In this document: positions 1-9,052 of the stretch, in pieces
Layout: each line of letters starts with the position of its first letter
Position numbering within the stretch: the stretch's first letter is position 1
Origin: an uncultured Myxococcales bacterium
GTDB lineage: Bacteria > Myxococcota_A > Polyangia > Fen-1088
Assembly (NCBI GenBank): GCA_964491625.1
Contig: CAZBIU010000001.1
Location: 1-59,464, forward strand
Direction of reading: 5' to 3'
Length of the DNA: 59,464 nt
The notes under the pieces: generated by a model
What the model saw: only the letters and a program-made list of their open reading frames with translations
What the model was told of the DNA's origin: nothing
The model's database searches: none
Translations under genes and position numbers: made by a program

Positions 1-417
1 TGCAATCGTGCCACAGCGCTGGCCAGTTCCGCCGCCAGTGCCATTTCCGCCGTTCGTGCCAGATTGCCCGCCCGATCCGATACCACCTCCGCCCGAGCCG
101 ACCGTGCCGCCCGCTCTGATGGTCCCACCCGCGCCGACAGTGCCGCCGACAACCAACGTGCCGCCAGCGCCGATAGTGCTGACTGTGCCGCCAGCGCCGA
201 TAGTACTGACAGTGCCGCCGGCACCCAAGGTCCCGCCGGTGCCGCCCGCGCCACCCATCGACGAGGCCACGTCGCGGTTCGCGCCATCCGGTCCAGGACC
301 GCCGACGCCAGCTTCTTCTATGCCGAGCGGAACGTTGCTACCGCACGCAATGATGCCGACGGCCGCACCTGCAGCAAGAATCCATTGGGTCCGGACGCTG
401 TGCTTGTCTTGAGACAT
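1..417 (-). CDS. Secreted lipoprotein with Gly-rich low-complexity linker, N-terminal part only (gene runs off the left edge); lipoprotein component of ECF cassette 1
   Basis: Not in the ORF track because it has no stop in the window. The reverse strand reads GGAGaaacacaATG (ATG at 417-415), then MSQDKHSVRTQWILAAGAAVGIIACGSNVPLG. That is a signal peptide plus lipobox Cys, followed by GAGGTVSTI-type Gly/Thr repeats, open in frame to position 1. The listed + ORF 8..412 is its Pro-rich antisense shadow. Confidence 0.6.
   Translation of the reverse strand, partial: MSQDKHSVRTQWILAAGAAVGIIACGSNVPLGIEEAGVGGPGPDGANRDVASSMGGAGGTGGTLGAGGTVSTIGAGGTVSTIGAGGTLVVGGTVGAGGTIRAGGTVGSGGGGIGSGGQSGTNGGNGTGGGTGQRCGTIA
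158..211. repeat. 27-bp tandem repeat x2 (plus a partial third copy) inside the Gly-rich linker coding region
   Basis: 158-184 gtgccgccagcgccgatagtgctgact and 185-211 gtgccgccagcgccgatagtactgaca differ at 2 positions. They encode GAGGTVSTI twice on the minus strand. Confidence 0.8.
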
Positions 418-495
418 TGTGTTTCTCCTGTGGAGAGCTTCCATTCAGCGCAACGGTGACCGGCGGGCCCGAGATCCGTTGAAAAAAGAGCAGCC

Positions 496-1245
496 CTATC
501 GTTCGGGCGGAGGGCCGGGTGTGATGCACGTCGCACGCACGCGTTCCGCCAGCGGCGAGCTTGGGGCAAACCGGACAAAGGCCTCGGCCTGCGCGCGCGC
601 CGCCGGACCCGGCGTGGCCTGACAGGTCGCGATCGCCGCAATGGCCCGCCGTTCTTCGCCAAGGACACCCTTGCCGAAGCGCCGATCGTACTCGGCCAAG
701 GTATCGAGCGCTCGCGCGGGTCTGCCCAGTCGCAGCTCTTCGCGAGCGCGGGCGAGCAGCGCCACCTCGGCGTTCAAGGGATCCTCGACGCTCGGCCGCT
801 CCCCATCGCCGGCCAGGGGCGGCAGACGTCTGCGCGCTCGCTCGCCACGGTTGGGCCGGGGCTCGGCGTCTTCTGTAGCAGCAGGCGCGGGCGCGGCAGA
901 ACGGTCAGCCGTGGCTTTGGTCTCGGCTGGCAGCACCTTCCCGGCGGCGAATGGCGCGTGCAAGCTCGTCGCTGGTGGCTTGGGCCGCGGGTCGTGCTGC
1001 GACTTCCAAATCTTGGTCGCACCTACGGAGCCACCTCCCACCAGCGCCGCGGTCACGACGATCAAGCCCACCTTGCTGGCCAGCGACATGGTTCCAGCCA
1101 CTGCGGCCGTGGACGCCGCAACCGTGCCTGCCGCGATCTGCACCGCAAGCCCGCGTCGGATGCGCTCGCGATCGGCGCTGGTCGGGCAATCCGCGTCCCG
1201 AGCGGAATCGACGATGGCTCGGCCTCGCATGTCGAGATCTTTCAT
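496..1245 (-). CDS. Putative anti-sigma factor: single-pass membrane protein with C-terminal TPR-like domain, no zinc (HxxxCxxC) motif (cassette 1)
   Basis: ATGA start/stop overlap with the ECF sigma gene at 1242-1245. Hydrophobic span VGLIVVTAALVGGGSVGA. The C-terminal motif ALDTLAEYDRRFGKGVLGEE is shared with 15218..16354 ([20 protein letters not shown]) and 20859..22061 (ALSALDEYQARYPRGRMLVE). Confidence 0.55.
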   Translation of the reverse strand: MKDLDMRGRAIVDSARDADCPTSADRERIRRGLAVQIAAGTVAASTAAVAGTMSLASKVGLIVVTAALVGGGSVGATKIWKSQHDPRPKPPATSLHAPFAAGKVLPAETKATADRSAAPAPAATEDAEPRPNRGERARRRLPPLAGDGERPSVEDPLNAEVALLARAREELRLGRPARALDTLAEYDRRFGKGVLGEERRAIAAIATCQATPGPAARAQAEAFVRFAPSSPLAERVRATCITPGPPPER

Positions 1246-1838
1246 GACTCACTCCCCAGCTCGTGGGTTTGGAACCGTTCGAGCGCACGTTCAAACACCT
1301 GCCGCGCCGAGCGCAGCCTTGAATAGACAGTGTTGAGATTGGCGCCGAGAACGTCGGCGATCTCGACCACCGAAAGCTCTTCAATCTCGGCCAGAACGAA
1401 CACCTCACGCTTGTCCGCGTCCAGGCGTGCCAGCAGTCCATCGAGGATGCGGACCGCCTCCGCGCGCTCCGCTGCCTCGGCCGGACTGCTGGCGGACGGG
1501 GCATGGAGCCCGTCGATCTCGTGCGGCGCTTCGCTCGGCCGGTGCCCCGGCTTGCGCTTCTGGGTGCGGAAGTAGTGACGGACGACGCGCACGAGGATCT
1601 TGAACAGCCACGTCTTCACCTGCGCGCGGCCCTCGAATTCTGGCAGCCTGCGGTGCGCGACCAGAAACACCTCCTGCACGACGTCGTCCGTGTCGGCTGG
1701 GTCGATGCCCAGCCTGCGCGCGGCCCGCCAGATGTAAGTCAGATTCTCTTCGTAAATCGCATCGAAGCCCGGACCCGCGGCGAAGGCGTCAGGCGGCGGT
1801 ACTGCTGCGGCGGGCTTGCGCAGGGAGGGCACACTCAT
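1242..1838 (-). CDS. ECF-type RNA polymerase sigma factor (sigma-70 family, regions 2 and 4) (cassette 1)
   Basis: 198 aa. Region 2: DDVVQEVFLVAHRRLPEFEGRAQVKTWLFKILVRVV. Region 4 HTH: REVFVLAEIEELSVVEIADVLGANLNTVYSRLRSARQ. Confidence 0.9.
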   Translation of the reverse strand: MSVPSLRKPAAAVPPPDAFAAGPGFDAIYEENLTYIWRAARRLGIDPADTDDVVQEVFLVAHRRLPEFEGRAQVKTWLFKILVRVVRHYFRTQKRKPGHRPSEAPHEIDGLHAPSASSPAEAAERAEAVRILDGLLARLDADKREVFVLAEIEELSVVEIADVLGANLNTVYSRLRSARQVFERALERFQTHELGSES

Positions 1839-1875
1839 GCCCTTCCATAGTGCCCCGCGCGCCGATTTTCTGTGA

Positions 1876-2886
1876 TCAGAAACGCAGCTCCGCGGATGCC
1901 GTCAGCCTTACGCCCACCGGCCAGGCGCGAAAGAGCGGGGTTGGCGTATTCGTGATCACATATTGGGGCCGCCACAGCGGAACCACCGCATCGAGATGCA
2001 CGGGCAAAGAGACGTCGTGCCCGAGCCTGACCGCGAGCAAGCCGCCGGCGCCGATGCCAACCCAGGGCTGGTACCTTTCGAGCGGCGTACTGGCGCCAAC
2101 ACCCTGGCCGTGAATGACGCCGGCTTCCACGTCCAGGCACGGGCCGAATTCCAGTGCCGCATGCGAGGCGGTTAGACACCCGGCCAGGTTGCCGACAAAG
2201 ACCGCTTGAAATTCGCCGTAGGCGCCCGCCGGCCGGGTGAGCACGTCGCTCTTCACCTGGCGCGGACCGTAGCCGGCGCGAAGCTCCAGTCGCCAATTCT
2301 TGGCAGCCATGCCCAGCTCGCCGCCGAGCTCAACATCCGGCGCCGGCAGAAGGCCGAGATTGCCCGAAACACTCGCGCCGACGAGGCCGTGCGTCCCACG
2401 GGATGGCGCGAGTGGCTTAGGCGGTGCGAGCGGCGGCGCGGGAAGTCTCGACCGCGGCGGTGGCGAAGCCGACGGTGCGACCGGCCCCGTCTGGTCGGCC
2501 GACATGGGCTCGTGGGCCGCCACCGCGCTGGGATCGATCATCAAGGCGACGATGAGCGCGGTTGCATTCGCGAGCCCGTCGCACGTGGAGGCTTCGAGCG
2601 TGCGATGGCCGCTCACCTCGCCGGACGTGGTCAGGAGGGTGACTTGCCAGAGCGCCTCGCGTACGACCTCAGCATGCACGCGCAATGCCTGCTTGCTGTG
2701 GGCTGCTGCCGGACCGCCGAGCAGTCGGTCGATCTCCGCTTCCACCGCGGCGAACGATGGACAGCCCTCCGGCGCGATCCACTCGAAAGAGAAGCCGGCA
2801 TCGGTCTCTGCATTCGCCTGTGCTGCGACGACCAGCGCACACAGCGCGACACCCAAGCATGATGCCAAGCTGCGCCCGGTTCGCAT
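1876..2886 (-). CDS. Secreted protein B1: N-terminal two-Cys domain, Pro-rich linker, predicted beta-barrel-like C-terminal half (cassette 1)
   Basis: Signal peptide MRTGRSLASCLGVALCALVVAAQANA. Contains EGCPSFAAVEAEIDRLLGG ... RTLEASTCDGLANATALIVALMI, then a Pro-rich stretch and a Gly/aromatic alternating region ending SAELRF (terminal Phe as in OMPs). Paralogous by eye to 13701..14594 and 19999..20862. Confidence 0.6.
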   Translation of the reverse strand: MRTGRSLASCLGVALCALVVAAQANAETDAGFSFEWIAPEGCPSFAAVEAEIDRLLGGPAAAHSKQALRVHAEVVREALWQVTLLTTSGEVSGHRTLEASTCDGLANATALIVALMIDPSAVAAHEPMSADQTGPVAPSASPPPRSRLPAPPLAPPKPLAPSRGTHGLVGASVSGNLGLLPAPDVELGGELGMAAKNWRLELRAGYGPRQVKSDVLTRPAGAYGEFQAVFVGNLAGCLTASHAALEFGPCLDVEAGVIHGQGVGASTPLERYQPWVGIGAGGLLAVRLGHDVSLPVHLDAVVPLWRPQYVITNTPTPLFRAWPVGVRLTASAELRF

Positions 2887-2902
2887 CGCTTTCCGGCGAA
2901 GA

Positions 2903-3724
2903 CTATTCGACCGTCACCGCGTAGTTGCGAATCACCGCCATGCCCGACCCCCGTTGGACTTCGTCGCCCAGCTCGAGATTCGCAATCAGGAGGCGTTTGT
3001 CGACGAGCTTCTGTTTCACGAGATAGTCGATGATCGCGCTCACGTCGAGCGGGCCGTGCAGGATGGGCTTGTCGGCCAGGAGGGAAATGATGGTCCAGGT
3101 GTTTTGATTCTGGCCCGAGTCATCGCCGTGGTTCTTCTGCACGTTTACGCTGTAGGTGTGCCCGTCAATCGTGGTCTCGGCGACCTGGCTGCCGGCCGAA
3201 CCCAGATTGTCGCTGGTTACCCAGATCATCACTTCGTGCGTGATCGCATCCTTGGTGATCGGTTGTCCCGACACCACCCAAAACTCGAAGGCCAGGTTGT
3301 AAGAGCCCGAAGCGCGCAGGTCCACGTCGTAGTTGACCACCAACTTCTTGGTTCCCACTTGGAAGGGGAAACCGGAATCGTGCGCCACTTCGCCCTGCCA
3401 CGGGCTGACGCCCGCGATGACCTCCGGGTAGGTGGCGACCCCCGTGCTGTCGCGCCACTTCCAGACCCAGCCGAACACCGGCTTGCCGTTGTCGTCATTG
3501 ACGAAGATCTTCTGGCGATAGCGCCCGCTGGTCGCGCCCTTGTTCCACGGATTGCTGAACAGGCGATACCGATCGTCGACCAGGGTGTATGCGAAGTCCT
3601 TTTCCGACTCGTAAACCGGCGTGCCCGGCACGGTCTTGAGATCGAAATCCGCCCGCCCGCCGCCGGTGGAACAGGCGATGGCCGCAGACAATAGATAAGA
3701 GCCGAAAAGAACCCTTCGCATCAT
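2903..3724 (-). CDS. Glycoside hydrolase family 12-like lipoprotein (beta-jelly-roll endoglucanase/xyloglucanase type)
   Basis: ATG 3724 gives MMRRVLFGSYLLSAAIACSTGG (lipobox). GH12-like motifs: NPWNKGATSG, THEVMIWV (E-x-MIW nucleophile motif) and ANLELGDEV (second Glu). Only a 16-nt gap to the downstream gene 1876..2886. Confidence 0.6.
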   Translation of the reverse strand: MMRRVLFGSYLLSAAIACSTGGGRADFDLKTVPGTPVYESEKDFAYTLVDDRYRLFSNPWNKGATSGRYRQKIFVNDDNGKPVFGWVWKWRDSTGVATYPEVIAGVSPWQGEVAHDSGFPFQVGTKKLVVNYDVDLRASGSYNLAFEFWVVSGQPITKDAITHEVMIWVTSDNLGSAGSQVAETTIDGHTYSVNVQKNHGDDSGQNQNTWTIISLLADKPILHGPLDVSAIIDYLVKQKLVDKRLLIANLELGDEVQRGSGMAVIRNYAVTVE

Positions 3725-3834
3725 GACGGCCAAGCGTACTCGGGTTGCCGTGCGGCCACAACTGTCGAAGCAAATTCACTTGCGCCCGGCCGCGGCCGTG
3801 TCACCTTTTCCGGCCTCGATTTGGCTGAAGTTCC

Positions 3835-4266
3835 ATGGCCGCGCCCGCAGATCCGCTGATAGAAAAGCTCCGAACCCTTTACCGCGAAACCGACGCGCTT
3901 TTCGCGGGCTGGTCGTGCGCTGCCAGCGGCGGGTGTTGCCGATTCTCGGTAACCGGACGCCAGCCGTTCCTGTGGCCCATCGAGTGGCGCCTTCTGCGAG
4001 CAGCGCTGCGGGCAAATCCTCCCCCCAAAGGCACCGCCCCAGGCGACTGTCCGCTGTTCGACCCGAACGCGCGCCGCTGCCGCGACTACGCCGCACGCCC
4101 CTTCGGCTGTCGCACCCACTTCTGCAGCCAGGCCAGCGCCGCCGGGAAGAACCCACGCGGTTCGATTCGCGACCTCGCGCGCCGCCTGGCCGATCTGGCC
4201 GCCGCCGACCAGCCCGGCGGCACGTTGCGCCCGCTGCTGTCGTGGCAAGCCTCGGCGCGGCGGTAG
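3835..4266 (+). CDS. YkgJ-family cysteine-cluster protein (CxxCxxCC putative Zn/Fe-binding, UPF0153-like)
   Basis: 143 aa with WSCAASGGCCRF ... CPLFDPNARRCRDYAARPFGCRTHFC, the characteristic Cys pattern of this family. Confidence 0.7.
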   Translation: MAAPADPLIEKLRTLYRETDALFAGWSCAASGGCCRFSVTGRQPFLWPIEWRLLRAALRANPPPKGTAPGDCPLFDPNARRCRDYAARPFGCRTHFCSQASAAGKNPRGSIRDLARRLADLAAADQPGGTLRPLLSWQASARR

Positions 4267-4273
4267 CGTTGTT

Positions 4274-5839
4274 CTAGTTGCAGGTCGAGCTGAGCTGCGG
4301 CTTGAGCGCGGTGATTAATGACTGGTAGTTGGTCTCCAACGAGGCGCAGTGATTGAAAGCCATGACCCCCGACGCGATGCGGGCGTTGAGAGTGGCTACC
4401 GTGCTCGGCGACCAGTCCTCGGCAGTGTTGCCCCCACAGCCGTCGTCGACGAAGATCTTCTTGCCCGAAACTTGGTGCAGGTACGAATAGGTGGCGGTTG
4501 ATCCGTTGTACGTGCTGGCCGTGACGCCCGTGTTGAAGAAACCGTTGTTGGTTGCCACGCCCGTCGTCCAGGCGAAGTCGTACTCGACACCAGCGCTCTT
4601 CATCGCATTCCAGTAGCTGTTGGTCACATCGTTTGTGTTCCACGTGGTGTGGTTGAGGGCAACCACAGCGTTGGGCATGTTGCCCTTGATGGCGCACGTG
4701 ATATCCGCGGCCAATTGCGCCAGCTCCGTCATCGTCAGAGGGCTCGACTGCCCGCTGTTCGTGAACTGGACGAAATCGCCCTCGAGCAACCAAACAATTG
4801 GCTTCGCTGGCCACACCGCATACGACTGTTTGGCATAATTGGCGTAGGCCTGAATGATGCTGCTTCGGTGAGCTTTGATAAACGACGCCCCGTCGGTGGT
4901 TAGATTCGGACAATTGGGATTGCTGGAGGGGCACTGATTTCCGTCTACGATTCCGTTGGCGTGTGCGTAGTACCCGATGATGTAGGCGTAATAGACTGGA
5001 ACCAAGCTTGTGGATGCGACTTTGTTCGCCAGCCAAGTGCAGCCGCTGCAGGTACTGAAGGTTCCGTCCGCGGCAATGCCGTAGTCTACCCAGAAGGTAC
5101 TGAATTGAAGAAAGTCGAGACCGCTGAAAGATCCCGCCGGGTCTGAAAGGCCCCAGGCAAAGACACAGCCGAATGGGTTTTGATTGAGTGTGGATGAACC
5201 GCAACTTGAAGGGCTACCCCCGGTGGCCGTTGCCCCGCCGGGACCGGTCGTGGCGCCTCCGGTGCCTGTACGCCCGCCGGAAGCGCTGCTTCCTCCGCTG
5301 CCCCTCGTTCCGCCCGAGCCGGCGGCGCCACCCGTAGCTGTCATACCACCCGCGCTGTTCACACCGGCAGAACCGCCCCCCCCGCCGCTTCCGGTTGCCC
5401 CCCCCGACCTGACCGCACCGCCGTTTCCAGTCACGCCACCTGATCCAGTCGCACCGCCGGCGCTTCCGCCTACCGACGAGCTGGCCCCACCGCTGCCTCT
5501 GCCGCCTGTTGCGGTGACAGCACCACCGGATCCGGGCTCGCCGCCGGCGCTTCCGCCCATGGACAAGCTGGCGCCACCGCTGGCTTGGCCGCCTGTTCCG
5601 GAGATGGCACCGCCGGTCCCGGGAACCCCACCGCGGGCCTTGCCTCCCGTTCCGGGAACGCTGCCCCCGGAACCGCTGGCTGGGGTGGCGCCACCAGTGC
5701 TCGATGTGCCGGTGGCGCCTCCTATACGCGCACCTCCGCTGCCGCCCTCCTGTGACTGCGTGGTGTCGGAACAGGAGAGGGCGAGCGGGCCCAGAACGGC
5801 AAGGCAGCAAGTGATTCGGTGGAATGATCGACAGCGCAT
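4274..5839 (-). CDS. Secreted lipoprotein: long Gly/Ser/Thr linker plus C-terminal glycosidase-like globular domain (family not recognised)
   Basis: 521 aa. Signal peptide ends LALSCS, followed by about 200 aa of GGxGG/GSGG linker and then a ~300-aa Cys-containing domain (PIVWLLEGDF, ALNHTTW). The functional family is a guess. Confidence 0.5.
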   Translation of the reverse strand: MRCRSFHRITCCLAVLGPLALSCSDTTQSQEGGSGGARIGGATGTSSTGGATPASGSGGSVPGTGGKARGGVPGTGGAISGTGGQASGGASLSMGGSAGGEPGSGGAVTATGGRGSGGASSSVGGSAGGATGSGGVTGNGGAVRSGGATGSGGGGGSAGVNSAGGMTATGGAAGSGGTRGSGGSSASGGRTGTGGATTGPGGATATGGSPSSCGSSTLNQNPFGCVFAWGLSDPAGSFSGLDFLQFSTFWVDYGIAADGTFSTCSGCTWLANKVASTSLVPVYYAYIIGYYAHANGIVDGNQCPSSNPNCPNLTTDGASFIKAHRSSIIQAYANYAKQSYAVWPAKPIVWLLEGDFVQFTNSGQSSPLTMTELAQLAADITCAIKGNMPNAVVALNHTTWNTNDVTNSYWNAMKSAGVEYDFAWTTGVATNNGFFNTGVTASTYNGSTATYSYLHQVSGKKIFVDDGCGGNTAEDWSPSTVATLNARIASGVMAFNHCASLETNYQSLITALKPQLSSTCN

Positions 5840-6023
5840 CGCATTTCCTCTAAAGAATATCGGTCTTTCGTGGCCGGAATTCGCGTGCCCCTGATGTGTG
5901 GCATCGCAAGACAGGATGTTAGGGGTCCGGACTGCGATCCGTCAATCAGCCAATCGGCATCGCCAGACCCCCACCGACGATCACCAGGGAGCCGATGCCG
6001 TTTGCCGCCGCGGTGCGCGGGAC

Positions 6024-7652
6024 TCACCTTTTGACGGGAGCCCGATCGCGCTTGCGTCTTCGCCAGAGGGTGGTGGTGCTGATACCGAGGATCTTCGCGG
6101 CCTCGCGCAAACTACCGCCGGTCTGGCGCAGGACCTCGTCGATCTGCTCGCGTTCCACGTCGGCAAGTGACTGTCCGCCAGCGCCACGGCCCGGCCGCGC
6201 GGTGCGGTGGATGATTCCCGGGGGAAAGAGATCCGGGGTCAGGCGCCCGTCGCGGGAAAGCACCGCCGCGTGCTCGATGGCGTTTTCGAGCTCGCGCACG
6301 TTGCCGGGCCACGGGTAGTTGGTGAGGTAGCCGAGCGCCTCGGCCGAAAGCTGCAACGCTGGCAGCTTGAGCTTGGTCTTGAACCGCCCCACGAAGAAAC
6401 GCGCCAGCGGCAGGATGTCGTCCTTGCGTTCGCGCAGCGGTGGAATTGCGACCTCGACCACGCGCAATCGATAGTAGAGATCTTCGCGGAATTGCCCTTC
6501 CGTCATCCTGGCTTCGAGATTCCGGTTGGTCGCGGCCAGCACGCGCACGTCGATGGGCCGGTTTCGGCTTTCACCCACGCGCCGGATCTCCCGCTCTTGC
6601 AGGACACGCAGAAGCTTCACCTGCGTGGCGTGCGAAATCTCGCCAATCTCGTCGAGGAACAGGGTTCCGCCGGCCGCGCTTTCGAACAAGCCCGCATGGT
6701 CGGAAACCGCGCCGGTGAAGGCGCCCGCCTTGTGACCGAACAGCTCGGAATCGAGCAGGGTCTCGGGCAGCGCGCCGCAGTTGATGGCGAGAAACGGCCC
6801 CTTGGCCCGCGGCGATCGATTGTGAATCAGCCGCGCCACGACTTCCTTGCCCACGCCGCTTTCGCCGGTGATGAGCACCGACGAATCGAAGTGAGCGATG
6901 CGGGTCGCGAGCTCGAGCACGCGCGTGAAGGCGGCGCTGCGCACCTCGACCATGGACGGACGCTCGAGTACCGAAAGCCGGCGCGTGTTGGCGTCCAGGG
7001 CGCGCGTCACCTGGCGCAGCTTCTCGGTCAAGTTTCTGATCTTGCCCTGGATATCGGCGGCCGAGAAATACGTCAGGTGCGGCTGCAACTCGCCGCCCCA
7101 CGAAGCCGTGTCCTTGCCCACCGCCGTGCAAACGCGACCGCCCTGCGCGCGACACGACTGCTCGACGAAGTAGATGTTGCGGCCAAGCGCATACGACATG
7201 AAGCCGCTTGCGTAGCCCGCCAACATCCAGCACACCGGGTGCTCCGCCTTCCCGAAGTGGCCCACGTGTTCCTCGGCTTCGCCCGATTCGTGCCACGCCA
7301 CTTCCATCAAAAAGTGCCTGTCACCATCGGTGCTGTCATCAAAGTCGAGCCGCTTGATCACCCAACGGGCCACCCCTTCCATGGCGTGCAAGCGTGCGCC
7401 CGCCTTCAGAAGCTCGCTGGTACGGCTCCAGGAAAAAACCCGGCGCATGGCCGCAGCGTCCGCCTGTCCTCCGAAATAGGCATATCGAGTTAGGATCCTG
7501 CGCGTCTGCCGCGGCCCCACCATTTCGAAAAGATCCTTGCGGAACTGCGCGAAGGCGTCCGCGCTGTGGAGCACGAGCCGTCGGCCTTGGAAGTCGATGA
7601 CCCCATCGCGAAAGGTGAAGAGTTCGTCAAACCGTAGATCGTCGCTGCGCAT
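6024..7652 (-). CDS. Sigma-54-dependent transcriptional activator (XylR/DmpR-like N-terminal sensor with V4R-type region, AAA+ domain, Fis-type HTH)
   Basis: 542 aa. Walker A VLITGESGVGKEVVARLIH; GAFTGA loop in DSELFGHKAGAFTGAV; ELENAIE; C-terminal HTH LREAAKILGISTTTLWRRRKR. Confidence 0.9.
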   Translation of the reverse strand: MRSDDLRFDELFTFRDGVIDFQGRRLVLHSADAFAQFRKDLFEMVGPRQTRRILTRYAYFGGQADAAAMRRVFSWSRTSELLKAGARLHAMEGVARWVIKRLDFDDSTDGDRHFLMEVAWHESGEAEEHVGHFGKAEHPVCWMLAGYASGFMSYALGRNIYFVEQSCRAQGGRVCTAVGKDTASWGGELQPHLTYFSAADIQGKIRNLTEKLRQVTRALDANTRRLSVLERPSMVEVRSAAFTRVLELATRIAHFDSSVLITGESGVGKEVVARLIHNRSPRAKGPFLAINCGALPETLLDSELFGHKAGAFTGAVSDHAGLFESAAGGTLFLDEIGEISHATQVKLLRVLQEREIRRVGESRNRPIDVRVLAATNRNLEARMTEGQFREDLYYRLRVVEVAIPPLRERKDDILPLARFFVGRFKTKLKLPALQLSAEALGYLTNYPWPGNVRELENAIEHAAVLSRDGRLTPDLFPPGIIHRTARPGRGAGGQSLADVEREQIDEVLRQTGGSLREAAKILGISTTTLWRRRKRDRAPVKR

Positions 7653-7766
7653 GGCGTTTCACTATGAAACGTCATATCTCATATTGCAATGACGGCGACG
7701 CCGTGCTCCGGTTGCTGCTCGCGGCAAGTCCCCGCGACGATTGTGGTTCGGCGCCCGGGCTTCCTT

Positions 7767-7782
7767 CGGCACGCCGCTTGCT
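7767..7782 (+). promoter_or_regulatory. Sigma-54 (-24/-12) promoter candidate for the M20 peptidase-ackA operon
   Basis: cGGCACGccgcTTGCt against consensus TGGCACG-N4-TTGCW. GG at 7768-7769 and GC at 7780-7781 have the canonical 12-nt offset. It lies 46 nt upstream of ATG 7828 and is divergent from the sigma-54 activator gene. Confidence 0.55.
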
Positions 7783-7827
7783 GAATACCCAGGCAAGTCA
7801 CGCTTTGGCCACAACGAAAGGAACCCC

Positions 7828-9045
7828 ATGTACGATCTGATGAAGAACAAGCTCGAAGGACTGCAAGGCGAGCTCGTCGCATTCGCGCAGGAGCTACTGC
7901 GCACCCACAGCCCGAGCGGCGACGAGCACAAGGTCGGCGCGTTGGTCGTCGACCAGATGAACGCCCTAGGCTTCGACAAGGTCTTCGCCGACGAGCTGGG
8001 TAACGCCGTGGGCGTCATGAACGGGATCGAGGACGGCCCGACGCTGCTTCTGTCGAGTCACATGGATACGGTGGGGACAGGCAACCTTGGCACCTGGAAC
8101 GAATCACCCTTCAGCGGCCGCATCGAGGCCGGGCGCCTGCATGGGCTCGGCGCCGCCGATTGCAAAGGCGGGCTCGCCGCGCAGGTGTTCGCGGCCGGGC
8201 TCATCAAACGCAGCCTTCTGCCGTTGCGAGGGCACCTGGTGGTGGCGGGCACGGTGCTGGAAGAAAACGGCGTTTCCATCGGCATGCGAGGTCTGGTCAG
8301 CCACACCTTGAAAGAGATGGGCCTTTTCCCCGACTACGCCGTGCTGGGCGAGCCCACCGACCTGGGCCTCTTTTACGGGCACGACGGCCGGGCCGAATTG
8401 GAAGTCACCGTTCGCGGTATCAACCCTTTCCGCGTCACCGACGCCGCCGAGCTGGTCAGCCGCGCGCTCGATGACGCCGGCGGCGACAGCGGGGTCGAGG
8501 AAGTGGCGATGGGCGAGACCCGCTTCGAGGACGGCCCCGGCTTCCGCCAGGCGGTCATCGCGCTCGAACGTCGAATGGGATCGAACGACACCATCAACCA
8601 TCTGCTCTCGCGCATGCGCGGCGAGGCGGTGCGCGCGGCCAGCACCGCGGGCGCGGTCGACGTCGAGGTCTGCGTGCGCGAGCGCAGCGAAGTTTTGCCG
8701 AACGGCCTGGTGGTGAAGGCGAAGCGAATCACGCAGGCGTGGTCGACCGACCCTTTCAGTCCCTTGCTCTCGCGGTCGCGCCAGGCCCTGTCCGCGGCCG
8801 GCTGCGAAGTCAGGCCGGGACGCTGGAAGCTGGCTCGCCTGGGCATGGGCACCGCCGGCAGCCTGCTGGTGAACGAGCACGGCATCCCCACCGTCGGCTA
8901 CGGGCCTGGCCACGAGGAACAGGCGCACCGCGAAGGCGAATCGGTCGCCATCAGCAAGCTCGTCGACTGCGCGTACGGAACCGCGGCCATCGCGCACAGC
9001 TTGGTCGGCGTGCCGGTGTTCGGTTGGATTCCGGACAGCTTGTAG
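7828..9045 (+). CDS. M20-family metallopeptidase / deacylase (YgeY / ArgE / DapE-like)
   Basis: ATG 7828 preceded by AAAGGA. Motifs LLLSSHMDTVGTG, GLGAADCKGGLAAQV and VLEENG (metal and catalytic Glu motifs of M20). Confidence 0.85.
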   Translation: MYDLMKNKLEGLQGELVAFAQELLRTHSPSGDEHKVGALVVDQMNALGFDKVFADELGNAVGVMNGIEDGPTLLLSSHMDTVGTGNLGTWNESPFSGRIEAGRLHGLGAADCKGGLAAQVFAAGLIKRSLLPLRGHLVVAGTVLEENGVSIGMRGLVSHTLKEMGLFPDYAVLGEPTDLGLFYGHDGRAELEVTVRGINPFRVTDAAELVSRALDDAGGDSGVEEVAMGETRFEDGPGFRQAVIALERRMGSNDTINHLLSRMRGEAVRAASTAGAVDVEVCVRERSEVLPNGLVVKAKRITQAWSTDPFSPLLSRSRQALSAAGCEVRPGRWKLARLGMGTAGSLLVNEHGIPTVGYGPGHEEQAHREGESVAISKLVDCAYGTAAIAHSLVGVPVFGWIPDSL

Positions 9046-9052
9046 GCACACC

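Noticed and set aside
8-412. Pro-rich ORFs on the strand opposite the Gly-rich linkers: 8..412(+), 5184..5894(+), 12230..12931(+), 19530..19967(+), 52132..52824(+) and 54028..54720(-).
   Set aside because: GGN Gly codons read as NCC Pro codons in antisense. The opposite strand in each case has a signal peptide, a lipobox and a recognisable catalytic domain, so these are shadow ORFs.
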